From Candidatus Multivoradales bacterium (GTDB taxonomy: Bacteria > Acidobacteriota > Thermoanaerobaculia > Multivoradales > Multivoraceae), in NCBI GenBank assembly GCA_965223325.1, contig CBDCWI010000001.1:992001-1056000 (forward strand): a DNA stretch of 64,000 bases. The letters are read 5' to 3'. The translations under genes were made by a program, and so were the position numbers. Shown one piece after another: positions 36,665 through 46,967 of this stretch (the stretch's first letter is position 1; the number at the start of each line of letters is the position of its first letter). The notes beneath the pieces are model-generated. The model searched no databases. It had not been told where the DNA came from and was given only the letters and a program-made list of their open reading frames with translations.

Positions 36665-37452
36665 GGAATCGTCAGTTGCGAGGTGTTCGGTTCGGCCGTC
36701 GGGAGTGATGGTGGTGATGCCGCCATTGGCGATGGTGGCAACGCAGACGTTGCCGGAACTGTCGACGGCGAGAGAGTCGAGTAGTTGGAGGCCCGGGAGG
36801 CCGGAGAGCAGGTAGCCGGCCTTGGGTAATCGGGGGTGGGAAACGATCTCGCCGGGGCCTACGAGGTTCCAGTACCAGACGCGGCCGGTATGGGTTTCGG
36901 CTACGTAGAGGCGAGTCTCGTCTGGGGAGAGGCCGATGCCGTTGGGAGCGTTGAGCGGGAAGATCTTTTCTTCGATCGATGAGCCGCCTGGTTGGGCGTA
37001 GAAGACACCCGTTCGGTCCTCGTCGCGCTCGCGGGTCCTGCCGTGGTCGGCGAACCAGAAGCCACCTGTATTGTCGAAGATGAGGTCGTTGGGGACCCGG
37101 AGCGGAATGTCCCCTGCACGGGTGTAGAGCGTCTCGACCTCGCCGGTGGCCAGATCGACGGCCTGAATCGAGCCGCCCCGGTAGTCGCTGGCCTGTTGCC
37201 GGGGAATAAGCGCTCGCCCACCTTGCGCCCCTCGAAGCCCCCGTTGTTGCAGAGGTAGCAACGGCCATCCGGGCCGATGGCGCCGCCGTTGGGGCCACCG
37301 CCGGGTTCGGCGACGGTTTCCTTCGAGCCGTCCGGCCGGACGCGAGTGAGACGACCGGCGGCGATCTCGACCAAAAGAGCCGAGCCATCCGGCATCCAAA
37401 CGGGGCCCTCAGGGAAGTGCAGCCCTTCGGTGACGATTCCCTACTGCGTCAT
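36638..37452 (-). pseudogene. SMP-30/gluconolactonase family pseudogene
   Basis: GGAG RBS then ATG ACG CAG TAG (stop at codon 4), GLHFPEGPVW...GGGPNG, frameshift near 37195, PNDL...PNGIGLSPD...DSLAVD...TNICFGG, then abrupt run into the antisense of the PQQ gene. Confidence 0.85.
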
Positions 37453-37654
37453 ACCCTTGTTCTCCCGAATGGCTCTTTCTTGGGTCGGTGCTAGCCCGCA
37501 GTACAGAAACGAAAGGTCTCCTCTCCGCCCTCTGACCCGCCTCTGGGGTCATGCCGAATCTCAGTGCGGCTATGATCGCCCCGCGCAAGACGCTGCCGGA
37601 GGCTCCGACGATCCACGGCGAGAAGACGAACCGCGCCCGCGGCCCTCCCCCACC

Positions 37655-39073
37655 ATGGCAGACGACCACACCCTCAAAGCTCGCCTGACGGAAGGCTCGG
37701 TCAAGGGACAGCTGACGCGAATGACGCTTCCGATGGTGGGCGGCATCTTCGCGATGATGGCCTTCAACCTGACGGACACCTACTTCGTCAGCCGGTTGGG
37801 AACCGAAGAGCTGGCCGCAATGACCTTCACCTTTCCAGTGGTGATGCTCTTCTTCTCGATGTCGATCGGTCTCGGCGCCGGTACGTCTTCGGTTCTAGCC
37901 CGCGCCTTGGGCGGTGAGAGCGACCGCTCGATTCGGCGCATCGCAACCGACAGCCTCCTGCTCTCGGTTCTAGTGGTTGGCGCGTTCTCGGCAATTGGCC
38001 TTCTCTTGTGCGACCCGATCTTTCGCTTGCTCGGTGCCGACGAAGTAACGCTCCCGCTTGTGCGCGAGTACATGATCCTCTGGTTCTCGGGCGCCATCCT
38101 GGTGATCGTGCCAATGGTCGCCAACAGCGCCATCCGCGCAACCGGCAACACCAAACTACCCAGCCTGTTCATGGTCGCGGCCTCGATCATCAACATCGCG
38201 CTCGACCCGATTCTGATCTTCGGCCTTCTCGGCTTCCCGGCCCTGGGTTTAAAGGGCGCGGCCATCGCAACTCTCGCGTCGCGCTCGATCACCCTGGTGC
38301 TTGGCATCTGGGTTCTGTGGCGTGTCGAACGGCTGTTGACTTTCGAAGTGCCTTCCCTGCCAGAGCTGATCACTTCGTGGAAGCGCATCTTGCACATCGG
38401 CCTGCCGGCGGCAGCGACCAATATGATCATCCCCGGCACGATGACCGTGATCACGCCGATGATCGCCGCCTTTGGCGCCCAGGCAGTCGCCGCCTTCGGT
38501 GCCGCATCGCGCATTCAGTCGATGGCACTGATCCTCTTCTTCGCCATCTCGGCGGTCATTGGCCCCTTCGTGGGCCAGAACCAGGGAGCGGCCATGTACG
38601 ACCGCATTCGCGAAGCGGTGCGGGTGACCTATGTTTTCTGCTTCGCATTCGGTGCCGTCGCCGCCATCGCCCTAATGCTCGCTGCCCGGCCGCTCGCCGC
38701 GATCTTCAGCCAGGATCCCGAGGTCATCGACATCGCGGTGCGCTATCTCATGATCATGCCGATCGGCTTCGGCCTCTACGGCATCGTGATGCAGGCCAAC
38801 GCAATCTTCAATGCGCTCGACCGCCCGCTGCGCGCCACCGTTCTCTCGGTCACTCGCATGGTGGGGTTGTTCCTACCGCTGGCCTGGATTGGTTCCGAGG
38901 TCTTCGGCCTGCACGGAATCTGGATTGGTGGCGCGACCGCGAATGTCCTTGCCGGGATCCTTGCCCTCGTGCTCACCCGGGCGATGGTGAAAGACGATGC
39001 CCTGGCCGCGGTGGGCGCGCCCGCCCAGGCACCACCCGCACCGCATCGGCGGGCTGCGGTTGGCCAGCAGTAG
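37655..39073 (+). CDS. MATE family efflux transporter
   Basis: LTEGSV, DTYFVSRLG, NIALDPILIFG, GLKGAAIAT; about 12 TM helices. Confidence 0.9.
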   Translation: MADDHTLKARLTEGSVKGQLTRMTLPMVGGIFAMMAFNLTDTYFVSRLGTEELAAMTFTFPVVMLFFSMSIGLGAGTSSVLARALGGESDRSIRRIATDSLLLSVLVVGAFSAIGLLLCDPIFRLLGADEVTLPLVREYMILWFSGAILVIVPMVANSAIRATGNTKLPSLFMVAASIINIALDPILIFGLLGFPALGLKGAAIATLASRSITLVLGIWVLWRVERLLTFEVPSLPELITSWKRILHIGLPAAATNMIIPGTMTVITPMIAAFGAQAVAAFGAASRIQSMALILFFAISAVIGPFVGQNQGAAMYDRIREAVRVTYVFCFAFGAVAAIALMLAARPLAAIFSQDPEVIDIAVRYLMIMPIGFGLYGIVMQANAIFNALDRPLRATVLSVTRMVGLFLPLAWIGSEVFGLHGIWIGGATANVLAGILALVLTRAMVKDDALAAVGAPAQAPPAPHRRAAVGQQ

Positions 39074-39082
39074 AACCCTTCT

Positions 39083-40735
39083 TCAGGAGAGCGTTGGCAC
39101 GAACGTCGGCGGCCGACGATGCCGGGTGTGCTGTTCGTAGCCGAAGGCGATGGCGAGCAGCCGCGGCTCGCTCCAGGCCGGGCCGAAGATCGAGATGCCG
39201 ATAGGCAACCCTTTGATGAACCCAGCGGGCACGGTGATGTTGGGATACCCAGCAATCGCCGCCGCGCTCGAGCTCCCGAGCCCGAAGCTATCGCCGTTGA
39301 TGTGGTCGGTCACCCACGCGGGGCCGCCAGTGGGCGCAACCAACGCATCGAGTCGATGCTCCCCCACCAGCTGGTCGATTCCTTCCTCGCGGGCCAGGCG
39401 TAGAGCCTTCTCGCGCGCGGCGAGATACGCCGGATCGTCCAGTTCACCCTTGGCAATCGCGGCTTCGAAGATTTCCTGGCCGAACCAGGGCATCTCGGTC
39501 TCGGCGTGCTCCTCGTTGAAGGCGGCGAGCTCAGCCAGCGTTCTGGCCGGTGCGGCCTCGCCGAGCTCCGCCAGGTAACTCGCCATCCCGGCCTTGAACT
39601 CGAACAACATCACCTCGTAGGAGGCGCTACTCATCGCGCGGGCGTTCTCGAAGGTCAACTCATCCTGGATCTCGCAGCCGAGCTTCCGCAGGTCTTCGAT
39701 CGCCGCCAGCATGAGCTCATCGACCCGGTCGTCACGACCGAAGGCGTCACGCACAACACCAACTCGAGCCCCCGCGAGGACGCCACTCGGGTTGTCCTGG
39801 TCGAGAAACTGCAGATAGTCGCGGTGCCCGTTCCGGTCGGCGGCTGAGGTGCTTGAATCTCTCCCGTCGACTCCACAAAGCGCACCCAGAACGATGGCCG
39901 CGTCGCGCACCGACCGCGTCATCGGGCCGGCGGTGTCCTGCGTCGAGGAAATGGGCACGATCAGGTCGCGCGACACCAGGCCCACCGTGGGCTTGAGGCC
40001 AACGATGCCATTGGCCGACGCGGGGCACACGATCGAACCGTTGGTCTCGGTGCCGATCGCCGCCGCCGCGAGGTTGGCCGACACCGCCACGCCAGAGCCA
40101 GAACTCGAGCCGCAAGGATTGCGGTCCAGCGCATAGGGGTTGCGGCACTGGCCACCGCGGGCGCTCCATCCTGAGGACGAGCGCGTCGAGCGGAAGTTGG
40201 CCCATTCCGAGAGGTTCGCCTTACCGAGCAGCACCGCGCCAGCTGTTCGCAGCTGCGCCGCCACGAACGAATCACGCGGCGGAATCGAGCCCGCAAGCGC
40301 CAACGAACCGGCAGTGGTTGTCGTGCGGTCGTGAGTGGCGATGTTGTCCTTGAGCAGCACCGGAATGCCGTGCAGCGGGCCCCGAACTCGGCCCGCGGCG
40401 CGCTCGCGATCGAGGGCAGTGGCGAGGTCGACGGCGTCGGGGTTGGTTTCGAGCACCGAGCGCAGGGCGGGGCCGCGACGATCGAGCAACTCAATGCGCT
40501 CGAGGTAGGCGCGCACCAGACTCTCGGCGGTCAGGCGACCGTCGGCCATCGCGGCACCGAGCTCCTCGATGGAGCGTTCTCTGATCTCGAAACCCGCCTG
40601 GGCACCCGCCTGTTGACCGCCGATGGCTCCTCGTGTCAACGCACCGGACAGAGTCTCTGCGGCGAGATTCATCGCCCCCGCCGCGGCCGTCGCCTTCAAG
40701 AGGTCGCGCCGCTTGATTCCGAAACCTTCACTCAC
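39083..40735 (-). CDS. Amidase-signature family amidase with Tat signal
   Basis: KRRDLLK twin-arginine motif; GPLHGIPVLLKDN, GSSSGS, GTETNGSI (Ser-cisSer-Lys triad). Confidence 0.92.
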   Translation of the reverse strand: MSEGFGIKRRDLLKATAAAGAMNLAAETLSGALTRGAIGGQQAGAQAGFEIRERSIEELGAAMADGRLTAESLVRAYLERIELLDRRGPALRSVLETNPDAVDLATALDRERAAGRVRGPLHGIPVLLKDNIATHDRTTTTAGSLALAGSIPPRDSFVAAQLRTAGAVLLGKANLSEWANFRSTRSSSGWSARGGQCRNPYALDRNPCGSSSGSGVAVSANLAAAAIGTETNGSIVCPASANGIVGLKPTVGLVSRDLIVPISSTQDTAGPMTRSVRDAAIVLGALCGVDGRDSSTSAADRNGHRDYLQFLDQDNPSGVLAGARVGVVRDAFGRDDRVDELMLAAIEDLRKLGCEIQDELTFENARAMSSASYEVMLFEFKAGMASYLAELGEAAPARTLAELAAFNEEHAETEMPWFGQEIFEAAIAKGELDDPAYLAAREKALRLAREEGIDQLVGEHRLDALVAPTGGPAWVTDHINGDSFGLGSSSAAAIAGYPNITVPAGFIKGLPIGISIFGPAWSEPRLLAIAFGYEQHTRHRRPPTFVPTLS

Positions 40736-40757
40736 ATCGCACCTAAGCCTTCTCTCG

Positions 40758-41780
40758 TCATGGACTCTTCTTCCCGCTGGCCTCTTCCGGAGTCACGCCC
40801 AGGAACTGCGACAGAACCTTTCGGGCAGCTCGGGTCGCCGGGACACGCCGGTGGACGACTTCCTCCTCGAGCGACTCGAGCAGCTGACCTACCGCCGGGT
40901 CGCCTTCGAGTGCATCACGCAAGCCGTCGGCGATGAGCGCGTGCATCCAGTCGAGCTGCTGCTGTTGGCGGCGCGCCTCGAAGTCTCCACTTCGTTCGCT
41001 GAGCTCGCGGTGCTCCAGCATCTTCTTCCACACTTCCTCGAGCCCGGTCCCCTCGAGCGCACTCACCATGACGACCGGCGCTCGCCAGGATTCGTCACCG
41101 GCCGCGAGAATATGAAGCGCGGCTCGCAGGTCGGCGGCGGCGCGGCGAGCGTTGGCGACCTGCTCGCCATCGGCCTTGTTGACCGCGATCATGTCGGCGA
41201 GCTCGAGGACGCCCTTCTTGATGCCCTGCAGCTCGTCGCCGGCACCGGGAAGCATCAGCACCAGGAAGAAATCGACCATCTCGAAGACCTGTGTCTCCGA
41301 CTGGCCCGAACCCACGGTCTCAACCAGGATGACGTCGAAGCCCGCCGCCTCAGAGATCAGCATCGACTCGCGGGTGCGACGCGCCACCCCACCGAGGGTT
41401 CCCGATGTCGGCGAAGGACGCACGAAAGCTCTGGGGTCGTTGGCGAGTTTCGCCATCCGGGTCTTGTCGCCCAGAATCGAGCCGCCGGTCCGCTGACTCG
41501 AAGGATCAACCGCGAGCACCGCAACGCGCTTCCCTCTGGCAGTGAGCGACGTGCCGAGGGCTTCGATGAAGGTGCTCTTGCCAACTCCGGGGACCCCGGT
41601 GATCCCGATGCGATGTGCGCCACCGGTTCGTGGCAGGAGTTCGGCGAGGAGCTGCTCGGCTTCCTTCTGGTGCTCGAGTGCGCGCGATTCGATCAAGGTG
41701 ATCGCACGCCCAAGAGCCGCGCGATTGCCCGCCAGGACGCCCTCGACAAGCTCCGCCGCACTGGTTCCCGACACCGGCAA
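40758..41780 (-). CDS. meaB: Methylmalonyl-CoA mutase-associated GTPase MeaB
   Basis: GVPGVGKST, DPSS..TGGSILGDKTRM, VETVG, NKAD; directly downstream of the mutase genes. Confidence 0.95.
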   Translation of the reverse strand: MPVSGTSAAELVEGVLAGNRAALGRAITLIESRALEHQKEAEQLLAELLPRTGGAHRIGITGVPGVGKSTFIEALGTSLTARGKRVAVLAVDPSSQRTGGSILGDKTRMAKLANDPRAFVRPSPTSGTLGGVARRTRESMLISEAAGFDVILVETVGSGQSETQVFEMVDFFLVLMLPGAGDELQGIKKGVLELADMIAVNKADGEQVANARRAAADLRAALHILAAGDESWRAPVVMVSALEGTGLEEVWKKMLEHRELSERSGDFEARRQQQQLDWMHALIADGLRDALEGDPAVGQLLESLEEEVVHRRVPATRAARKVLSQFLGVTPEEASGKKSP

Positions 41781-41784
41781 GTGC

Positions 41785-43941
41785 CTATTCGATACCGAGC
41801 TGCTCGAGCAGCGCCCCAGCAGCTTCAGAGATCACCGTGCCGGGCGGAAAGATCGCCGCGGCACCTGCCTCACGCAAGGCATCGAAGTCCTGCGGCGGAA
41901 TCACGCCACCCACAACGATCATCACGTCTTCGCGACCGTGCTTTCTGAGCTCGTCGCGCAAGGCGGGCACGAGGCTCAAGTGACCGGCGGCGAGCGAGCT
42001 GACGCCCACGATGTGCACGTCGTTCTCGACGGCCTGGCGCGCGACTTCTTCGGGGGTGGCGAACAAGGGGCCTACGTCGACGTCGAAGCCAATGTCCGCA
42101 AACGCCGAGGCGATCACCTTCTGGCCGCGATCGTGCCCATCCTGCCCCATCTTGGCGACCAGGATACGCGGCCGCCGGCCTTCGCGCTCTTCGAAAGAGG
42201 CGATCTGATCGGCGAGCGCCTGCAGCGTTTCACTGTCGCCCACTTCGCCCCCGTAGACTCCCGAAAGCGTTTTCACCGATGCCTGATGTCGACCGAAGCA
42301 TTGCTCGAGAGCGTAGCTGATCTCACCTACCGTGGCGCGCTCGCGGGCTGCATCGACGGCCAGGGCCAGTAGGTTTCCGTCGCCGGTCTCGCCGGCGCGG
42401 GTGAGCGCTCGCAGTTTCTCCTCGACGGCACGTTGGTCGCGCGAGCGGCGCAGGTCCTCGAGGCGTGCGAGCTGTTGCTCGCGCACGGCGCGATTGTCGA
42501 CCTTACGCACCGCGATGGGTTCCTCGTGTTCGGGGCGGAACTGATTGACGCCAACAACCACTTTGCGCCCCGAGTCGATGCGCGCCTGGGTCCGCGCCGC
42601 GGCTTCTTCGATGCGCAGCTTCGGTAACCCCGCCTCGATGGCTTTCGCCATGCCACCTTCGGCTTCGACCTCGTCAATGTGGGTGAGCGCACGCAGGGCC
42701 AGATCGCGGGTGAGCTTCTCGACGAACCAACTGCCACCCCAGGGGTCGATCAACTGGCAGGTGTCCGTCTCCTGCTGGAGAAAGAGCTGGGTGTTGCGGG
42801 CGATGCGGGCTGAGAAGTCACTCGGTAGAGCCAACGCTTCGTCGAAGGCGTTGGTATGCAGCGACTGGGTGCCGCCCTCGGTCGCCGCCATCGCTTCGAT
42901 CGCCGTCCGCACGACGTTGCAGTAGACGTCTTGCGCGGTGAGGCTCCAACCCGACGTCTGGCAGTGGGTGCGCAGTGAGAGGGAGCGCGGCTCCTCGGGT
43001 GAGAACTGTGCCATCAACTTCGCCCACAGGAGGCGCGCGGCGCGCAGCTTGGCGACTTCCATCCAGAAGTCCATGCCAATGCCGAAGAAGAACGACAGCC
43101 GCGGCGCAAAGGCGTCGACAAGAAGACCCGCGCCGATGCCGGTGCGCACGTATTCGATGCCGTCGGCCAGGGTGTAGGCGAGTTCGAGGTCGGCGGTCGC
43201 TCCGGCCTCTTGCATGTGGTACCCGGAGATCGAAATGCTGTTCCAGCGCGGCATGTTCTCCGAGGTGTACGAGAAGATGTCGGCGATGATGCCCAGCGAA
43301 GGCCCGGGCGGGTAGATATAGGTGTTTCGTACCATGAACTCTTTGAGGATGTCGTTCTGAATGGTGCCGGCGAGGGCACTGGGGGCCACGCCCTGCTCCT
43401 CGGCAGCAACGATGTAGAGCGCCATGATCGGCAGCACCGCACCGTTCATCGTCATCGACACCGACATGCGATCGAGCGGAATACCTTCGAACAGAATGCG
43501 CATGTCGAGGATCGAGTCGATCGCCACCCCGGCCATGCCAACATCTGCCGCGACCCGCGGATGGTCCGAGTCGTAGCCCCGGTGGGTAGCAAGATCGAAC
43601 GCTACCGACAGGCCGCGCTGACCGGCAGCGAGGCCGCGACGGTAGAAAGCGTTCGACTGCTCGGCTGTCGAGAAGCCGGCGTACTGCCTGACCGTCCAGG
43701 GCCGAGTCGCATACATCGTCGGGTAGGGCCCGCGCACGTAGGGAGCGGCACCGGGAACACTGTTGAGGTGATCGACCTCAGAGAGCGCTTCGGGCCCGTA
43801 GATCGGTGCCAGGTCGATTCCCTCGGGGGTCTCGAAGCTGGCGCTCGTTCCGTTCCGGCCAGGCGAGCACTCGCTGACCGGCACGTCATCCCAGGCGACA
43901 TCGAGTCGCGCCGGAACACGAGGGCGCTGAGTCTCAGGCAT
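41785..43941 (-). CDS. mutB: Methylmalonyl-CoA mutase large (catalytic, B12-binding) subunit
   Basis: [30 protein letters not shown]12 motif, SSLAAGH. Confidence 0.95.
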   Translation of the reverse strand: MPETQRPRVPARLDVAWDDVPVSECSPGRNGTSASFETPEGIDLAPIYGPEALSEVDHLNSVPGAAPYVRGPYPTMYATRPWTVRQYAGFSTAEQSNAFYRRGLAAGQRGLSVAFDLATHRGYDSDHPRVAADVGMAGVAIDSILDMRILFEGIPLDRMSVSMTMNGAVLPIMALYIVAAEEQGVAPSALAGTIQNDILKEFMVRNTYIYPPGPSLGIIADIFSYTSENMPRWNSISISGYHMQEAGATADLELAYTLADGIEYVRTGIGAGLLVDAFAPRLSFFFGIGMDFWMEVAKLRAARLLWAKLMAQFSPEEPRSLSLRTHCQTSGWSLTAQDVYCNVVRTAIEAMAATEGGTQSLHTNAFDEALALPSDFSARIARNTQLFLQQETDTCQLIDPWGGSWFVEKLTRDLALRALTHIDEVEAEGGMAKAIEAGLPKLRIEEAAARTQARIDSGRKVVVGVNQFRPEHEEPIAVRKVDNRAVREQQLARLEDLRRSRDQRAVEEKLRALTRAGETGDGNLLALAVDAARERATVGEISYALEQCFGRHQASVKTLSGVYGGEVGDSETLQALADQIASFEEREGRRPRILVAKMGQDGHDRGQKVIASAFADIGFDVDVGPLFATPEEVARQAVENDVHIVGVSSLAAGHLSLVPALRDELRKHGREDVMIVVGGVIPPQDFDALREAGAAAIFPPGTVISEAAGALLEQLGIE

Positions 43942-46054
43942 GGTCCTCTACTCCCAGAGCGCTCAGCACGCCGGCAAGTGTCTTCTCGACATCAATGCCG
44001 AGATGGAACGCCTGATCGAACAGCCCGGCGACCTTCTCCTCAGATGGCTGGCCCTCGGCCGCGAGGGCGCTCGCGCGACCGGCGAGGTAGAGCGGCGCGG
44101 CCCCGGCAGCGGCCAGCGCCTCGGCTGCTGCTCTCCCCCGTCGTTCGTAGAGCTCATCGCTCGAGCACAGAACTGCTGCCTGGCAGCCACTGCTCGAGAA
44201 GGCCTGCGCGAGCGCCGACGCATCGGGGTACCCGTCTTCGCCCACGGTCGCGATGCCGGCAGCGCCCAGCAGGTTGCGCGTGAACCCGGCGCGCGCACTC
44301 CATGCCGCACCGGGGCCGAGATTGGCCAGGAACACCCGCGGCCCGGAGCCCTTGGCAGCACGGTGGCGCTCGGTGCGCGCGCGCAGTCGCTCGAAGGGCT
44401 CGGCGAACCTCTCTGCCGGGAGTGGTGAGATGGTGGTCGGGTTGGGTTCGCTAGACAGCAAGCCGAGCGTCGCGCCCGCTGCCATGGCCTCCACTTGAGC
44501 CTCGAAGGCTTTTCGACTCGTGCACTGTGGCCGCCCACCTCCCCAGGAGCGAGCGGCTCGTTCGGAGGCACGACGGGCATGGTCGCGGGTTCCGAAAGCA
44601 GGCGGTTCAGGCGGCGGCTGGGTGGCGAGGGCGGCAAACTCACTGACACCGGTGAGTGGCACCTTCCGCCGAGCGATGGCCTCCTGCCGGCGCTCGCTGA
44701 CATCACGTAGGCGCGAGGCCAGGGAACCGTCAGACAGTGCTCTTTGCATGCCGCCGGAGGCTTCGATCGCGAGCAGTTCCTGCCAGGCACCGCGCCCGAG
44801 CTCCTCCGTATACGCCTCGATCGCGACCGCGCCCCCGGCGGGATCGAAAACGCGCGCCATGCCGCTCTCGGCGATCAGAATGTGTTGGGTGTTGCGCGCC
44901 ACCCGGCGCCCGAGATCGCTGGTCGCGCCGCCGCTGTTGGCCAGCACCGAATCAAACGAGAGCGTCGTCAAGCGATCGGCACCTCCAATTGCCGCCGCGA
45001 GCCCAGCAGCCGTCACCCGCAGCAGATTCACCCAGGGGTCGACGCGGCTCAGCATGCGCTCAGACGATAGAGCTTCGATGGTTGCGCGCCGGCCATCGCC
45101 ATCGACCCCGCACACCGTGGCGAGTTTCTCCCACAGCAGGCGGAGCGCCCGCAGCTTGGCGATACTTCCGAAGAGCTCGGGGCCAACCGAGACCCGCAAG
45201 GTGATCTGGCGCAGCGCGCGTTCTACCGGCAGGCCGCCGTCGACCAGCACGCGCAGGTAGGAAAGCGCGGTGGCAGCGAGGCAACCCAGCTCTTGCGCGT
45301 CGCCAGCCCCCGCCAGGTGGTAGGGCGCTGAACAGGCCCGCACCGCCTGAACGTTGGGGCGTAGAGAATCAGCGAACACCGCCAGCGCCGCCATCTCCTG
45401 GCGCGCCCGTTCGATTCCCTGGGCCAGCTCGCCGGTACGCGCCAGCTCGCCCAGCGGGTCGGCATTCCACGAACCGCGACGATCTTCCGGGGCAATGCCG
45501 CGCTCCGACCACACGGCCTCGAGCATCGCGGCAGCGGGAGCGAAGGCGGAGCCCGCATCGAGAGCGATCGCCGCCGCCTCGACGTAGACGCCTTCGAGCA
45601 CCCGGCCCAGCGACGATACGTCGTAGACCGGCGCACCGACTCGAGCGCGCTTCTCCCCCGGCGCCGACACATGCAGGTCGCGACCCGCGCGCAAACCGTC
45701 GTCCAGGCGGAGCTCGATCGAGGTCACGCCACCCTCGAGATCATCGAGCACAGCCTGTGCCAGTGCGTCGAGATCGCCAGCGGCGTGCACCTGGCGGATG
45801 TCCCAGCCGTTCGCGGCTCGCCCGGCGACCGGCTGGCGCCATTTGGCGGGCCCGCGATCGGTCGCCGCTCCGGCCTCCAGGAGCGCTGGAACCTCGAGAC
45901 CCTCGAAGGTCTGGGGACCGAGCGTCGCTGGATCACGGCCCGCGAGAGTCTCGCTGGCCATCCGCCGCCAGTCTTCGAGAGACGTGTGTGCGAATTCCTG
46001 CGCCAGCGGAACGGATTCCTTTTGTCGGCCTATCTCGTTCGCTTCCTGAGTCAT
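43934..46054 (-). CDS. mutA: Methylmalonyl-CoA mutase small subunit
   Basis: [33 protein letters not shown]; lacks the DxHxxG motif; overlaps the mutB start. Confidence 0.9.
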   Translation of the reverse strand: MTQEANEIGRQKESVPLAQEFAHTSLEDWRRMASETLAGRDPATLGPQTFEGLEVPALLEAGAATDRGPAKWRQPVAGRAANGWDIRQVHAAGDLDALAQAVLDDLEGGVTSIELRLDDGLRAGRDLHVSAPGEKRARVGAPVYDVSSLGRVLEGVYVEAAAIALDAGSAFAPAAAMLEAVWSERGIAPEDRRGSWNADPLGELARTGELAQGIERARQEMAALAVFADSLRPNVQAVRACSAPYHLAGAGDAQELGCLAATALSYLRVLVDGGLPVERALRQITLRVSVGPELFGSIAKLRALRLLWEKLATVCGVDGDGRRATIEALSSERMLSRVDPWVNLLRVTAAGLAAAIGGADRLTTLSFDSVLANSGGATSDLGRRVARNTQHILIAESGMARVFDPAGGAVAIEAYTEELGRGAWQELLAIEASGGMQRALSDGSLASRLRDVSERRQEAIARRKVPLTGVSEFAALATQPPPEPPAFGTRDHARRASERAARSWGGGRPQCTSRKAFEAQVEAMAAGATLGLLSSEPNPTTISPLPAERFAEPFERLRARTERHRAAKGSGPRVFLANLGPGAAWSARAGFTRNLLGAAGIATVGEDGYPDASALAQAFSSSGCQAAVLCSSDELYERRGRAAAEALAAAGAAPLYLAGRASALAAEGQPSEEKVAGLFDQAFHLGIDVEKTLAGVLSALGVEDHA

Positions 46055-46323
46055 ACATCTATCTTAGGGTCACCGGAGGACGCTTGGGGTGTGAAAGTCG
46101 TTGCATCCCGCATCGGCCAGGCCCTATATTCGGCTTCTCGAATGCCCACCGTGTGACCACGTGGCCTGTGGCCTGTCCCACGCTTCCATGCCGAGTGCTC
46201 GGCGTCGCCCGTTCGGGCACCGCGCTCCCGCTACTCGAGCTCTCCACCACCACCGAAGACCTTGCAGAAGGGGTTTCATGGCCCCTCGGGGGCTCGTGCG
46301 TGCAGCGAAACCCAAGGGTTAAA

Positions 46324-46374
46324 CCGCGAGATGTTGTGGTATTCATTGACCGACACCACAACCTGTTGTACCCT
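46324..46374 (+). promoter_or_regulatory. nrdAB promoter overlapped by two tandem NrdR boxes
   Basis: CCGCGAGATGTTGTGG (46324-46339) and CCACAACCTGTTGTAC (46356-46371), 32 bp apart, as is typical of NrdR box pairs; TTGACC-N17-TACCCT promoter at 46346-46374. Confidence 0.8.
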
Positions 46375-46967
46375 GCAACTTCGTCCACCGGGCACGCGAG
46401 TTTCCGCCGCAGAGGTTGGCGGAGACCCCTCGAGAGAGGCGGATTCCAGCTCACGTTGCCCTCTGGCAAGTCCATGACCGCGAACGCCATCCGGCCGAGC
46501 AGGAATGGTCACGCTGCGAAAAGCAGGGATGCGAAAAGCAGGGAGTAGGAGAAGCGGAGAGTAGGGAGACCTTCAGCAGCATTCAAGCGGGTCTCTTTCT
46601 TCGCTCGGGGAGCGGCGCGGCTTCGGCCGAGCTTCTTTCTGTTCCTGCCGCGCGGCACCGACTTTTGATTCCTTTCATGCGCCCGATCCATGAGGCACCG
46701 ATCGACCCCCGGCGTACCTCGGGGCGGAGCCTGCCCACACGAGCCTGCAATTCCAGAAACCCGCAGCCTCGAGGTTGGCAGCCCCGTCATGAGAAACGGC
46801 GAGGCGCTCGGAACCTCACTTTCTTCTCGTCATTCGTCTGCTTGGAGGACTGCGCCGGAATCCCCGCGCGTCTCTCCTCTTTCCATCGAAGTGTCGCCAT
46901 GGGCAACACCCCCAAAGTCCGAACGTGAGTTGAGAACCGACGCCAGGCGTCGGAGGAAGGGAAGCAA

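Noticed and set aside
37441-37443. TAG at codon 4 as pyrrolysine or readthrough
   Set aside because: The same gene also has a frameshift and a 3' truncation, so decay is the simpler explanation.
46899-46928. Short upstream ORF MGNTPKVRT before nrdA as a leader peptide
   Set aside because: No adjacent SD sequence and no informative codon content.
46055-46967. Cobalamin riboswitch between the mutase and nrd operons
   Set aside because: Plausible from context, but I could not find the conserved GGGAA...GCCCCCGC/ACTG and B12-box elements on either strand; an Rfam scan is needed.
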